Source: Ramazzottius varieornatus
Lineage: Eukaryota; Animalia; Tardigrada
Direction of reading: 5' to 3'
NCBI GenBank assembly: GCA_001949185.1
Contig: BDGG01000002.1
Span: 8,050,448-8,114,447 of the forward strand
Length of the DNA: 64,000 bases
Position 1 is the first letter of the stretch, and every line of letters begins with the position of its first letter. The notes beneath the pieces are model-generated. The model was not told the DNA's origin. It ran no database searches and saw only the letters and a list, made by a program, of their open reading frames with translations. Shown here piece by piece: positions 41,001 to 52,805 of the stretch. Both the position numbers and the translations under genes were made by a program.

Positions 41001-44000
41001 TGCTAGTCTGTCGAGTGGGAGCGCGAGTGGTGGTACCGCGAGTAGGGCTGGCTGGCACGACCTGGACGGGAACAACCACAACAGCTGGGAGGCTGGTTGT
41101 TGCTTCCACAATGTTGGCGTTAGCGTTGGAGGGGACGCTGGTCAACAGGGCGTTGCGTAGACGGGTTTGTTGTGGTGGAGACAAGGGCGAAGTCGGGACG
41201 TAAACTTGATCGTCCACCAGGATGTAGTATTTGAACTGGTACTGTGGCGCCCCACTGCAGAAAAGGCAAATCCAGATTAAATATCACTTGGCAGAAGAAA
41301 CCGGAAGATAAAACGGCACAGAGAAGAATCAGCTAGACTAGACCAACAAAACTGGACTGTCGACCAAGCGATCAGTAATATAAAATACTTGAACAGTTCG
41401 ATCAAGGAATATTTGCAAGTATTTTGAGTGGATAAGGCAGAGAGGGACCTACTTGACAGTGGTGACGGTTGGATTTTCAGCGTCGACAAGTGCCACAAAA
41501 CAGTTGGCATTGCTGGCTTGACATTGGCGTAATTCTGGAAAGAGGCAATTGGCACACTCGAAAAGCACATAAACAAGAAGCAAGATAATAAGACCGCTTG
41601 AGAAATGATCAAGAACTTACCGGGCTTGTCTTCGGCCCACGCACGCATGGCCGCTGTGGCGAAGACTTGCTGGTCGCTGGCCGACATCTGCTGGTTCAGC
41701 ACGATCAACTGCGGCGTCAATGGCGTACCAAAGAATGGTACCTGCAGAAAACATGGTTGTTAAAACCCTTTCTTCTCCCTGCTGGACTATAATAAGCTAA
41801 TCCGATATAACACGATGTCAATTTTGGGACAATCTTGGAATGATTGTTATATCAAGTGGCGCATCTATTTATATTATTGGCTGGAAACATGCGCCACTTG
41901 AGATAACTATTATCCCGAGATCGTTTTCCGGCTTCCCACATATTTTAATATTAGCTATGGTGATTTTCAACTCTTTTGTGTTTGGTGTAGTTCTCTGAAT
42001 CAAGGAACAATGTTTACTAACCGCTCTGATGGTGGTCAGTTGTGCTTGCATTGTGGCGTTGTCGGGATCCCGAGGAATGTACCAGTTGAAATTGGGCTGT
42101 GGATAACCGACCGAGTACATCAGCTGCGTCACCAACGTTCTACGACGACACAACATTTGAAAACTTACTAGAATAAAAAAAACCGAGATCCAAACAATAG
42201 CACAGATCCTTACCCGTTGGCGTTAGCCAGCGAATCATCTCGCGCAAAGAGGGTAATGTCCAAGGGCAGCCATGTCGAGATGGGGTTGGCAGCGATCCAG
42301 GCGGCCAAGATTCTGTCCAAGACCGCTCGCGCGTCCTACAGATACAAAACGATCAGATTATCACACGAAGCAGCTTATACGCGTAAGTAAGGCGGAGAAT
42401 GGGAGACATACGGGAATCGAGCTGGTGGTGGGATCGACTTGCAGTAGGTTGAGGGTTCGCAGTTTCCGGAAGCGACAATTGCGGCATATGGCCGTGTTGA
42501 AGGAAGACAGCCGCGAGTCCATCGCATTCTGCGAGTCTTCACTGTTCAACATCTGATGGAATGGCGTCAGGTCGGGCAGCTTGTCGGGGTCGACACCGTT
42601 GACTAGTGCCGAGACATGGACTTCGGTTACTGGCATGATATTTTGCCCAGTACCACCACTGTGAAACACAAGCTCACCTTTGAAGATGCATGGGCGGAAG
42701 TAAAATTGACCAGGAATTGCGGTGGCAAACGAAACGTGCGAGATCAATATTACAAATCGCGCACTCTTGCATTTTCCTTAACTGGAAGCGTGCGCGACTT
42801 CAGGATCTCGTACGTTGCTTCAGCCAGTCTCTCAACTTTAACGATGTCGTTTATACGTACTTGGCGGGACGGAGAACGGTAACGCCGTCATCCAAGCTGA
42901 CAATGGCTACTTGGACATCGTCACTCTGCAGACTGGGGTTGAGCTCGGCATAAGTAATCTTCAGGATCTCGGCAATGGAGCGAAGCTGAGCAGCTTGAAT
43001 GTGTCCGTTGAGGTACACAGGATGGATGCCCAGTGTCTCACCCGTCACCGTACTGACGTTGCCTTCTGTCTGGTTCAGCAGAACGTTGATGACCACCGGA
43101 GCGTAGAAGAGACGCGGATCCAGGACGTCACCGTTGGGCAGCGACAGAAAGTGCGAAGACTGCGTGATGATATTCCTATGTTAACAGAAACGGATACTGT
43201 GAGTGATTGCATAGGTTACGTTGACGATAGAAGGACCTACGCGCTGGGATCCAAGAAGGGCTCCAGATTCCATACTCGGGCTCGCAAAGCGGGACGCGCT
43301 GTTAGAACCGAACGGCATGAGCGAACAACATGGAGGACCAGCAAGCGAAACGTACAAACTCGTCACCTCAAGTGGCGCACTTTACCAGCTAACCACAGCG
43401 GAAGCGTGCGTCACTTGGGTACTCAGCAAGATTGCTTCCTCAATTTGCGCACGCTTGCGGCCCATAACAACGAAAGCGGGCGCAACTTGAGACAGCGACT
43501 TGTGTGTATCGGTCACAAGATATGTGATCATTGTCAGCTTACGGATGGAAGCGGCGACGTAAGACTGAACACTACGCTGAACGGCGGGCATATCTTGGTA
43601 CTGGATATTGGCGCTGAGGTAGTTGACGAAAGACAGGGCGGCGTAGATGGGAGTATCAGTTCCACGATACAGCGTTACGTCCAATCCTTGAGCAGCCAAG
43701 GCATTCTCTATAACTTCTGCCGATGGACCAGCCACCAACGGAGCACCGGTACCCGGCCACACTTGTCCATTCAGCAAGACCACATAGGGGACGGTCGACA
43801 AACGCGCTCTGCAATATTCGAGTATAAAAATTGGGTGCTGGGCAAACAAATTCGACCAGATAGTTTTACCAAGTGGCGCAGGTTACCAGTCTGCGTCGCC
43901 GAAGATGCGCGCCACTTGGAAAAACGAGCTCCCAAATACGTTAATCGAACCGAGTCAACAGTTTTGGTTGCTAAAGTTCTTTACTAAAAGATGATTACTT

Positions 44001-47000
44001 ACCCGGTAATGGCGATAGTGATGACGGTTCGAGCAAACTGGATGTCGGCGACGTTGTTGGCATCGTTGAGCTGGGGAACGGTGGCTAACCAAGCGCTGAG
44101 GAGGCCGTCGTGGTATGCCGAAATGTTTTGAGCAAAGCTGATGATGCCGTTAAAGTTCAAGATGCGTCCCTCGACCACTTCGCCGTCAAAGATGCGCAAG
44201 TTTTTAGCCAGCAGCTCGTTGGACAGCGACTGGATGGGCGGAGAACGGAGAGCCAGGGAACCCCGTTGAAATGCAGCAGCAGCGTTGCTGTCGTTCAGGC
44301 CGATTAGGTAAACCACATCGACCACCGGAAGTCTGCAAGTAAGTCACAGCCACGGTTAACAAAATTCAGTCCGATGCTGATATTTATAATCAGGTTTCTG
44401 GTGCGTATCAGCTTTCGGCTTACCCTCTGTCAGAAAAGAGACCATAGTCTCGGAAAGAGACAATCCGAGCTGTGATACTGTTGGGACCAAGAGCCGGAGA
44501 AATTCCTGTAAGGATCATCGATAAATGGGACGCCGGCAGGTGAACTGAACACGACCGGTATGCCAAGTGGCGCACATTATTATTGTTACGGGCTGAAAGT
44601 TTGCGCCACTTGGGGAAACGATCCTGTCCAAGTCGTTGCAATCCGTTTTCACGTATGCAGTACTTTTGTTAGACTTGGTTCGACATCTTACCGACATTAG
44701 TGCGCCACCAAGCAGCTTGTAGTGCTGCTTCCAAGTCCTGGATGGACTCTGGTGGGTTCAAGAGAGCCACCTGATGGAGACCGAAGGCGTAGTCGGCGAC
44801 CACCAAGTCCTGGACTAGGCCTAGCGTGGAGTATATCTGAGAAGCGCTTTGGTTATTGAGAAAGAAATAGGGTCGACTTGTCAGGCCGCTGTTGGGAGTA
44901 TTGACTGCCTGTCGAGCCAGCCGTTGCAGCTTGCTCTCACTTCCGGTTAGGGCTTCTTCCAGCGAATGGTCCGTCCACCAGTCTTTTGAGCCATCCACCA
45001 GCCATATCTGCAAAAAAAGCCCCCGTCAATTAACCATTACGTAAGCCAAGATAATTGCGTAGCTGTATTGTTCAAGTGTTCTAAGGACTCGTTTAGTCAT
45101 GCTTGGGAGACCTCATTGACGGTAACAAGCTGAGCTAGCCTTAAAATATGGCCAAACGAGCCATTCTTCCCTGGCCAATATTGACACAAACACTTGCCCA
45201 CAATCATAAGCAGACAAGCTGCTTTGTTTGAGGTACCCACTCTTTACGGAAGTTGAAGGAACCACGCGCCTTCCACTGCCAAAAGTCACTTGATTCACTG
45301 GATGAAGACTTTCTCAACTGTGTTCATACAGTACTACAGACGCACAATAGCGTCGCTGCCTTTACCTGACTAAATCCACTATCTATACTGCTACTATAGT
45401 ATGACAGATTTTCGCTTATCTATCTCATCCACGGGAAATAAGCCGTGGGTACTGCAATAAATAGATGTTTGCAAAAGAAGTCGACGAGATCAATTTTTCC
45501 CAAGTGGCGCAAGTCTGCACTGTGATTGGCTGGAAGCATGCGTCACTTGCGAGAACAATCTTGCTGAATCTTTCGCAGTGGCGCACTTTCTCGGTGTTAT
45601 AGACCGAGACCGCGCGCCACTTGTAGTGACGATCTAGGCAATTCGTTTGAGAAAGTCCGAAATAACTTTAGGACCGAGTTTTTTATTCGATTAGTCAGAA
45701 TTAAAAAGGAACGCGAAATGTTTGCCATGTCAAGCTGAACTAATCTGGCGTGATGGAGGCGAAAGGCGTGGACGGTGGTGGAAGGTGGAAGACATCTGCA
45801 CAAGCATGAACATAATCAAAGACTGCAAGGGTAGCCATTGTTCTAGATGCGCACTCTACCGGAAAATAGCTTTTACACCTCATGCTCATTTTAATTAACC
45901 TGTAGTCCGAACTTCTATTTCCGTGCACGCTACCATTAACTGGAAACGCTTCCTGAGAACCTGAACGTGAAATGCAATGCGTTTCGAATATTCCAACTTG
46001 GCTTCTAGCCAAGCAAATGCAGACAAGCCTTCAGCCGCGAACCCGTTATAGAAAGCCATTGTGGAGCTCATAATGGTTTTATGTCGTGCTATACAGTCTC
46101 TATTCTTGCTCCCAGGCTGTTGCTGCTGTGGGTAATAGGAAACCTCAACGTGAAAAGATCTTCATTCAATGTCAGCCTAAAGCACTTCCAGGTTGACGCT
46201 ACATCAGGAGAGCTTTGGAGGTAATCCCCATCAAGTCCCTGACGGTAATCGTGCAGTAAAAAGTAAGTAACTCGCGGGAAATTGCAACGTTCGTCGTCCT
46301 ACTTCCCTCTGCACCTGAAGGAGAGAAGGTACGTAGGTCCCAACAAACATGGCTCAATCGACCACGAAAAAGAGCGGCCCGCATCTAATCACTCATCACC
46401 ATGCAGAAACAATAGGCGTTCGTACAGCGTCCGCTCCGAGTGCCGGCAGTTACATTTAAAAGAACAAGGCCTCCTCGACCGAGAAGAGGGAACTGGGGTG
46501 GCGTCAAGACGCTAGAATTCTACTCCGAAGCGTTCGGTTTTCTCATATAGCTTTCGAACTGACCATTTCGGAAAAATGAACTGCTCGTAGTTGCGTCCGA
46601 AGGCCGTATATTATACTCTTCTACTGTATGCTAAACATCAAGTCGGCGGCCTCTTTCAGTGTGAAATTTGAATGTCGAAGTTCAAAGATCAGTTTCATTT
46701 TCTTGCGATCATTCAAGTGCCAGTCTTTGCTTATCGTTGACAGTGTACAGAGGACCTCTTGCCGATCGCTCATGTCGATAGCAATTAAAGACGATAATAC
46801 GCGCAGGTTAAAATGGTGGTTCTTCCGCTTCTGGTCATGGCGCTGATATTATTTTAGCTTCGTCTATATCTCGTCCCTCAATAAAACGATGAATAATAGA
46901 CTAAGCTAGCTAGGGTAGAAGGTATCGAATGGAATGTGCCACCAGCAGGTCATTCGAAGGCCCGGCCACCTCGCGGCTATTCCACACAACCGTCATAACT

Positions 47001-47543
47001 ACTACCTGCTTGCAATTTCCGTCCACCTGCACCATCATCTTCTATCTTCTGCTAGACTGAACGAGGAAACGGCAAGCTGCTCAAGCTGATGTTTGCCGAA
47101 CATGCGCTAAAGACGCTTGAGCTACTTATGACCCTGACATTGTCATATCGTGATCATATCGGCCACGGATTTGCACAGCATATTACGAGCAGGCACCGTC
47201 AACCTGCACGGCAGGAAGTACAGTACTGTATAGCGCGATATTATATGAAGAAAACGACAGACATTAAAAACCGTCTGGCCCTTCTTCGTTTTCTTCGACA
47301 TCAAACTCCAGTGAATCAACCCTCACTGCAGGCTCCCCTTTACAACCCAGGCACAGTCTAGAGATAGTTACGTTGCCTCGTGCTCAAATAGAAATACTTC
47401 CGTTTACACGCATGAAAGAACTTGCTTATCGTTATTGCAGTTCCCACTACCCTCATTTGATCCCAATAGAAATCATATACGAGCATTACCTGCAGTAACA
47501 TCGTCACCATCCAGAGCGAGAGAGTCTGCACCAAAAGCTTCAT
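32044..47543 (-). CDS. Very large type I membrane protein (roughly 2,500 aa) with many degenerate Trp-marked, possibly SEA-like repeats and Thr/Val-rich linkers
   Basis: Signal peptide MKLLVQTLSLWMVTMLLQ/IWLVDG; recurring helix motif (LQAAWW, LLSAWL, INTLWA, LQQLWI, LKDVWA, IRRSWE, IAQAWS, LAAAWL); RRRR site near 33950; TM WLPAAIIIPLAGLIALTLILVCLI; tail ...KQNLAFDDYHHGRQDISKV*. Length is an estimate. Confidence 0.75.
35044..35164. repeat. Example dimer of the 12-25-12 element (72-bp period)
   Basis: CAACTGGCGCAC-N25-GAGCGCCACTTG, 23-nt linker, TAAGTAGCGCAC-N25-ATGCGCCACTTG. Confidence 0.9.
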
Positions 47544-49457
47544 TTTTCGGGAGGGAGGCGCCGCGTTTCCCACGAGGAAGATCACGCGGTTCCACAAGGA
47601 CCGCTAAAGATTAGCCTTGAATATAGTCCCAGTCAAAGAATACGCTTCAGCAGAAATAGGCGTATATTCCCAGGCATGTCCGTGATGGAGTCAGCCAGAC
47701 CGGAAGTGGAAGTTACTCCTAAGAATCATCCCGTTGGTTGTTGACGGACAATAGGCAAACAACACAAAGTTGAATGAGGAAACGGCGGAGGTTATATCAC
47801 AGTGTGTTTTTCCAACAATAACAAGGGAAGAAGAGAAGGAGGATGGAAGGAAAGTTTGATCAAGGCCGCGAATCGATCAAGTATAGGCGCACATCCGGGT
47901 TTGCTACTGTGGTTCTTCACTTCTCGGTTATACCCCAATTATGGTGAATAATGCTGCTGCGTAGACCGACGGGTCGCACATATCATCAGCGGCCACGTTA
48001 TCGGCACGAAAAAGTGCTTGACGAAGAAGAAGGGCTGGCCTTCAGTACCGCAGCTAGCGTACAAGCCTAGCTCTTGTCCACCAAGTAACGGAAGGAAAGA
48101 AACTTCTTGACGAAGATAGTTGTACACTTGTCGCTATACTGTACTACTACATGCATTGTACTCTTCTAAGGAGGTGCCACGCCGGCATTCTATACCTAGC
48201 ACTCTTCTCACGCTATCGCAAAAACTGCAACATCAGAACGCGTATACATGTTCGTAATGCCGGTGAGCTTTTTCGTCCTGGCCGATATTAAAGAAATATG
48301 GCCACATCATGCGACTGCACTTGGGGGCTCGCTTTTTGTGATTGTTGATAAGGATCGTCGATTAAGGTAAAAGGAAGCATGGAGCGTCTAGAACGCCCCT
48401 CTTGTAAGCGATCCTTCCAACCTAACGCGAAATCGATAAGCATTCGATCTCGCCTAATATTACATAATCGACTATTCTCCATGGGATGATAAAAAAGTCC
48501 AAGGACTCAGCAGGAAGTCACGAAAGGGACGCAGAAATTAGAGAAATGAGAGCTCGGCAATCTCTACCGCATCTTTTCCCCAAATGGCGCGTTTTCCGTG
48601 ATATTAGTTGAATACGTGCGCCACCAGGGAAAATGATGTGTCAAGTTTGTTCACGAATACCCAAACTAATATGCCCTGTAGAGTTTGTAAAAGTCGATTA
48701 GGACCGTACGAGTTCGGTGAAGAAGGTCTGCATATTTTTCTCGAAGGTGGAAGAGCAAGTATGTGGCTGCTGTGTCGGACAACTTGTTATTGTTCACTTT
48801 GGCTAGAAGTTATATTTTTGAAGATGAGCGAGGCGCTTCTGCGCGTTGGCTCACAGCTGCCAAAGAAGCCCTCTCTAGATCACCATTTCCGTGTCTGACG
48901 GTGCATTTCCTGAGTGCAGTCTGTATGAGAAGGTGGTGTCTGTGTGTGTGTGTCATGGAGTGCCTTCTGCATATTACTCACCACGTTTTACCGCTCGATT
49001 TTCCACCATTCAATACCGGCTCTTAGTTGCCGAAAGCCCTCCTTCTTACTTGTGCGGTGCATCAGCGACGAACCAAACACTTCCATCGATCGCGGCTTGT
49101 TCAGTCTCCTGTTCGTCTACCGCGACGCAGTACCTGCACAATCGAACCGTTATTCTTTCAGACCTACCCACCATACAGGCGCACCACATTAGCCTTACGT
49201 ATCACCGAACAGGCTCTACTGTACTTACCTTGACGACGAGGGAAAGCTAGCTAGCTTCCTTCCGGCCCGTGCTGAAAGACCCACTCGATGTTGTAACTAC
49301 AAGGTGGACCATGATCATGCAGAAGCATGAACCACTGCTTCTCATCCCGTCGAACCTCTCGTCTTCTTGCGAACCTGCAAAATTGCGAACATCGTTTACA
49401 TGGAACTCAATGGACACTTCATTACTTGGGACATCACTCACCTTCGCGGCGAGAATA

Positions 49458-49602
49458 CTGTAAATATTCGCTGCATCAGCGCAGTACGTATTCATACATA
49501 ACGATGCACCCCCGTAGGGGGTTGCGCAATCCGTGAAACTGGACTAGGGCTGTACTTCACTTGTACGATGACGTGCTGCGCGGACGCAGTGAATATTTAC
49601 AG
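49458..49602. mobile_element. 145-bp MITE, TA-flanked
   Basis: TA|CTGTAAATATTCGCTGCATCAGCGCAGTACGT ... ACGTGCTGCGCGGACGCAGTGAATATTTACAG|TA. Confidence 0.7.
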
Positions 49603-49899
49603 TACTGGTAAAATGCTCCAGATCAGAGTCGCAATACCGTCTTGCAGGGCTGGGTGTTTTGTCACGGTACGCCTTCGACCACGCCACAAGTAAACGATAA
49701 AGCCTTCGAGTGAAGCGGAGCGGTTCGCTGAAGATGAAGGACAGAAAGGAAGTTAAGATGGCACACGCGTGGTAGAGGGCAGCACCTCACTTCCAGCGGA
49801 CGAAAACGCTTCAGGACTTTCTACAATAAAAATGTGAGGACAGGGAACAACCTCCGACTAAAATTTCAATTCGGGACGCGTTGTGGGGTATCAGAAGTT

Positions 49900-51070
49900 C
49901 AGAAAAAGCTAAGGGTTCGAGTGGGATACTGCATTGGACGTGATTGATTCATGTGTATACAAGCTGTATACAGCATCCAGCCTTCTGTGTATTGAAGTGT
50001 TATATAAAAAACCTCTTTATGAAAGATATATCTCGAGTTATTTGATGAAGAGTATAATGTAATGATTTCGTGAAGATACATGTAACTTGCACCGTTGCCG
50101 GTACAACGATGCATTATTAGCGGTATGAAATCGATCTGAGAGCGAGGAAGTCGATCTGAGAGGGGAGGAGGAGCACATCGTTCAATCAAGACCAAATAGA
50201 TGTGAAGTGAAGACCTCTAGCTGGACTTGGTTCAATATCAAGCTGCGCTCCACAAAAGCGAGTGATACCTTGGTACGGAGATCAGTCTGGCGGGCTTACC
50301 TGCGTTTGGTGACACTAGAATGACGTATCAAAGAACGCGTTGAGGAAAAAACACATAATAGTGAGTATTCGTCCGGCGCCGACGATTCCGATACAATGAC
50401 GATGTAGTAAACTACCTTCGAAGTAACAATGGAAGCATTCTCGGCGACCGACACTACTCGTTTTGAACCTCTGTACTTTATGATATGCTGTGTTATTTCT
50501 GTGCTACTGTATGAAAACCAGAAAAATTCAACGAGCGTCTCAATACGTTTAGCCAGTTCCCTTCCACCTTGTCTATCGGCCGTATAGTTAGAACTAAATA
50601 ATATTAGTTCTGACCACTGGGAAGGCCGAGCAAAGGAGGCAAAAGATTATAGGCCACACATTTCTACTGCGTTACGTTGCACTTGCGAGTAAAAAATTTC
50701 TGTGACCCGGATCGAGTTACGCATTTGTTTTCAGTACAGAGTTTGCGATATGTGGAAGCTCGAAGAATCTGATCGTCCATTAAAATCTCGACAGACTTAA
50801 AAGGGCCTCGCTTCGCTCGGCCTGAAAATAGCTGTGAGATAAGGGAAACCGGAAGGAAGTCCGTACTGTACCCTGGCGCTAACATTTTTTGCACGATTAA
50901 TATGAAACGGACTCAAAAAGCTTAGGAAGCCTTTTCCAGTGCTGTTCGGTTCAGTATGCGTGTATACAAGTTGTATACATCATCCGGCCTTCTGGGTGTC
51001 AAAGTGAAATGAAAACCTTTCTTATGGTAAAATATTTTGATCGTTTCGTGACTGCTGTATGTGATATGAT
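49900..51070 (+). repeat. Diverged ~100-150-bp direct repeat (about 49900-50050 and 50913-51060)
   Basis: TGTATACAAGCTGTATACAGCATCCAGCCTTCTG vs TGTATACAAGTTGTATACATCATCCGGCCTTCTG, with weaker flanking similarity. Confidence 0.6.
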
Positions 51071-52805
51071 GACTCTGTGGCAGCCTATAAAAGGGCATAA
51101 TTATGGTAATAGAGACCTTGAACGTCGGAAGCCACTACTGGCACAAGCCACGGGGTAATCATTACCAAAACGGGGATGGTACGCTTTGCACCCACAAGCT
51201 GACTGAACAGACCTTTTGACATAAGACCTCATGCCTGGGTGGAAAAAGCAATTTCACAGTGAGATCAAACTAACTGTGAGACTAACTTCTGAGAGTCACG
51301 AAACGGTCTCGAGCGAAAACACTGCCTTTCAGGAGTATGGTGTGTGTAACATGTGTGAAGTGTGCTACCTGTGTGGGTAAAAGCTTAGTGGGGGAAAATT
51401 CATATCTTAAAAACGGGATGATTTGTCTGTTGGACTTCTCTCGAGAACCCTTTTACGTTTTCGCTCATTCGTAAAGGTGTTAGCTCTTCGGAAATTGATG
51501 TAGAAAAGGACTTTTAGGTATACTTGTGTGGACCCTGCGAAATTGTGGGGAACCTGGCACGCTACTTTGCTAGCTAATAGTGAACAGATAAATACGCACG
51601 GTTCCAGGGTGAAACCACACCTCGAAAACGCATTCTGCGCATGCGCACGTATTTTATTTGGCCGGGCAAAGCCAGTTGTGCGCACATGTGTACAAAGTTT
51701 TGTCAGATGGGCTGGCGCAGGTTAGAACTGACGTATATGCGGCTCCTGTGGATCAGAAATTTGTCATCTTTCTTAAAAGAGACCGAAGGGGTTTCCGATC
51801 TTTCGCTCATAATAGTCAGATCTTGTGACGGACACAGGTCACAGGATACCCACATTTTACCTGCTTAGATTGTCCGCTGTATGGCGGCGGCGAAGATCAT
51901 TCTGAGACAATTTTAACCTGGCGTACTTCAGGTACGGAGCGCCCTTTTGCAATCGTGTTGTGTTGTCAAGCTGTAGGTGGCGCTGTTGGAAGGAAGTCAT
52001 CTGTGACGCAGGCTGTTGTGCTTCAGATGGTGAATTGTACCGGGCATAGATCCAAAGATAAGCCGGTAGAATTTGCTAGTTCTTGGCAAGCCTGGAGAGC
52101 CTTTTAGATTGCTTGGGGTAACGATTTTTGTCGAATTTGTATTAAAGGTGCGCCGTTTATCCGACTAAAGTATGCGTAAAACGAGGCCTTTGTACTCTTC
52201 CTAGCTACTTGCGAGACTGTCAAAACTGCACCCGGTTTTTTCGGGGACCAAAACGAAGCCGTGAAGAGCAAACTCTCTTGTAAAGAGCCTCGACATCAAA
52301 AGTCCATACGGTCCGAGTCGTATGGACCTTAAATTTAGAAACCAAAGCCAGAAGAAGTGAAACATCAGAAGTGAAACCTCCGTGGGCTTTATAGTCCTGC
52401 CTCGTGATGGAAGTACGGGTAATACCGTAATGAAGTGTCTGAAGAAAATTTGGTGTTATTTGTCGGTTTGTTTCTGTAGAAAACATTTTAGCTGAATGAA
52501 TGGGCAGAAAAAAAATTTTTGGAAGCACTGTAAAATACCGAACATTGTCCAGGCAACAAAGGCTGGACAATGCTACGTTTCTGATGAAGTGAGGTGTGGT
52601 GTAGTACATTGATCTCCTATTACCATCCTAGCATGATGGAGATCCTGCTGAGAAACGTGTTCCATCAGATGAAACCTGTAGTACTTTAACCTCTGTATTT
52701 TATGATATGCCGTCTGTCGTCTTTGTACTATAACTCATCACAAAATTTGATCTTGGTACTTTACCTTATTACGTCAAACAGGACGAACTGGGGCGCTATC
52801 ACAAA

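Larger units (their letters stand above)
665..48627. repeat. Dispersed palindromic element family CAAGTGGCGCAC-N25-GTGCGCCACTTG (~39 copies; coordinates give the span of the family)
   Basis: Left-arm starts: 665, 2385, 8167, 8248, 11724, 12516, 12589, 22156, 22229, 24403, 25799, ~32278, 32359, 32982, 33054, 34260, ~34337, 34414, 35044, 35116, 35837, 35909, 36910, 36982, 38127, 38719, 39275, 39348, 40493, 40565, 41853, 42753, 43369, 43441, 43870, 44564, 45501, 45575, 48581. Confidence 0.92.

Noticed and set aside
8118-43987. Recurring peptides PSGAR, KWRT and CATW in many short ORFs, including the 358-aa ORF 42911-43987 (+)
   Set aside because: These are translations of the palindromic DNA element or antisense shadows of real exons, not a protein repeat family.
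32270-45630. CRISPR-like reading of the repeat-spacer-repeat units
   Set aside because: The arms are inverted rather than direct, there are at most 3 units per locus, spacers share a loose consensus, the context is eukaryotic introns, and no cas genes are present.
49040-49500. Minus-strand exon-like pieces with GT-AG signals
   Set aside because: Stops in all candidate joins and overlap with a MITE; at best a decayed fragment.
52515-52532. Tc1-like terminus (reverse complement TACAGTGCTTCCAAAAA)
   Set aside because: No partner TIR found in the window.
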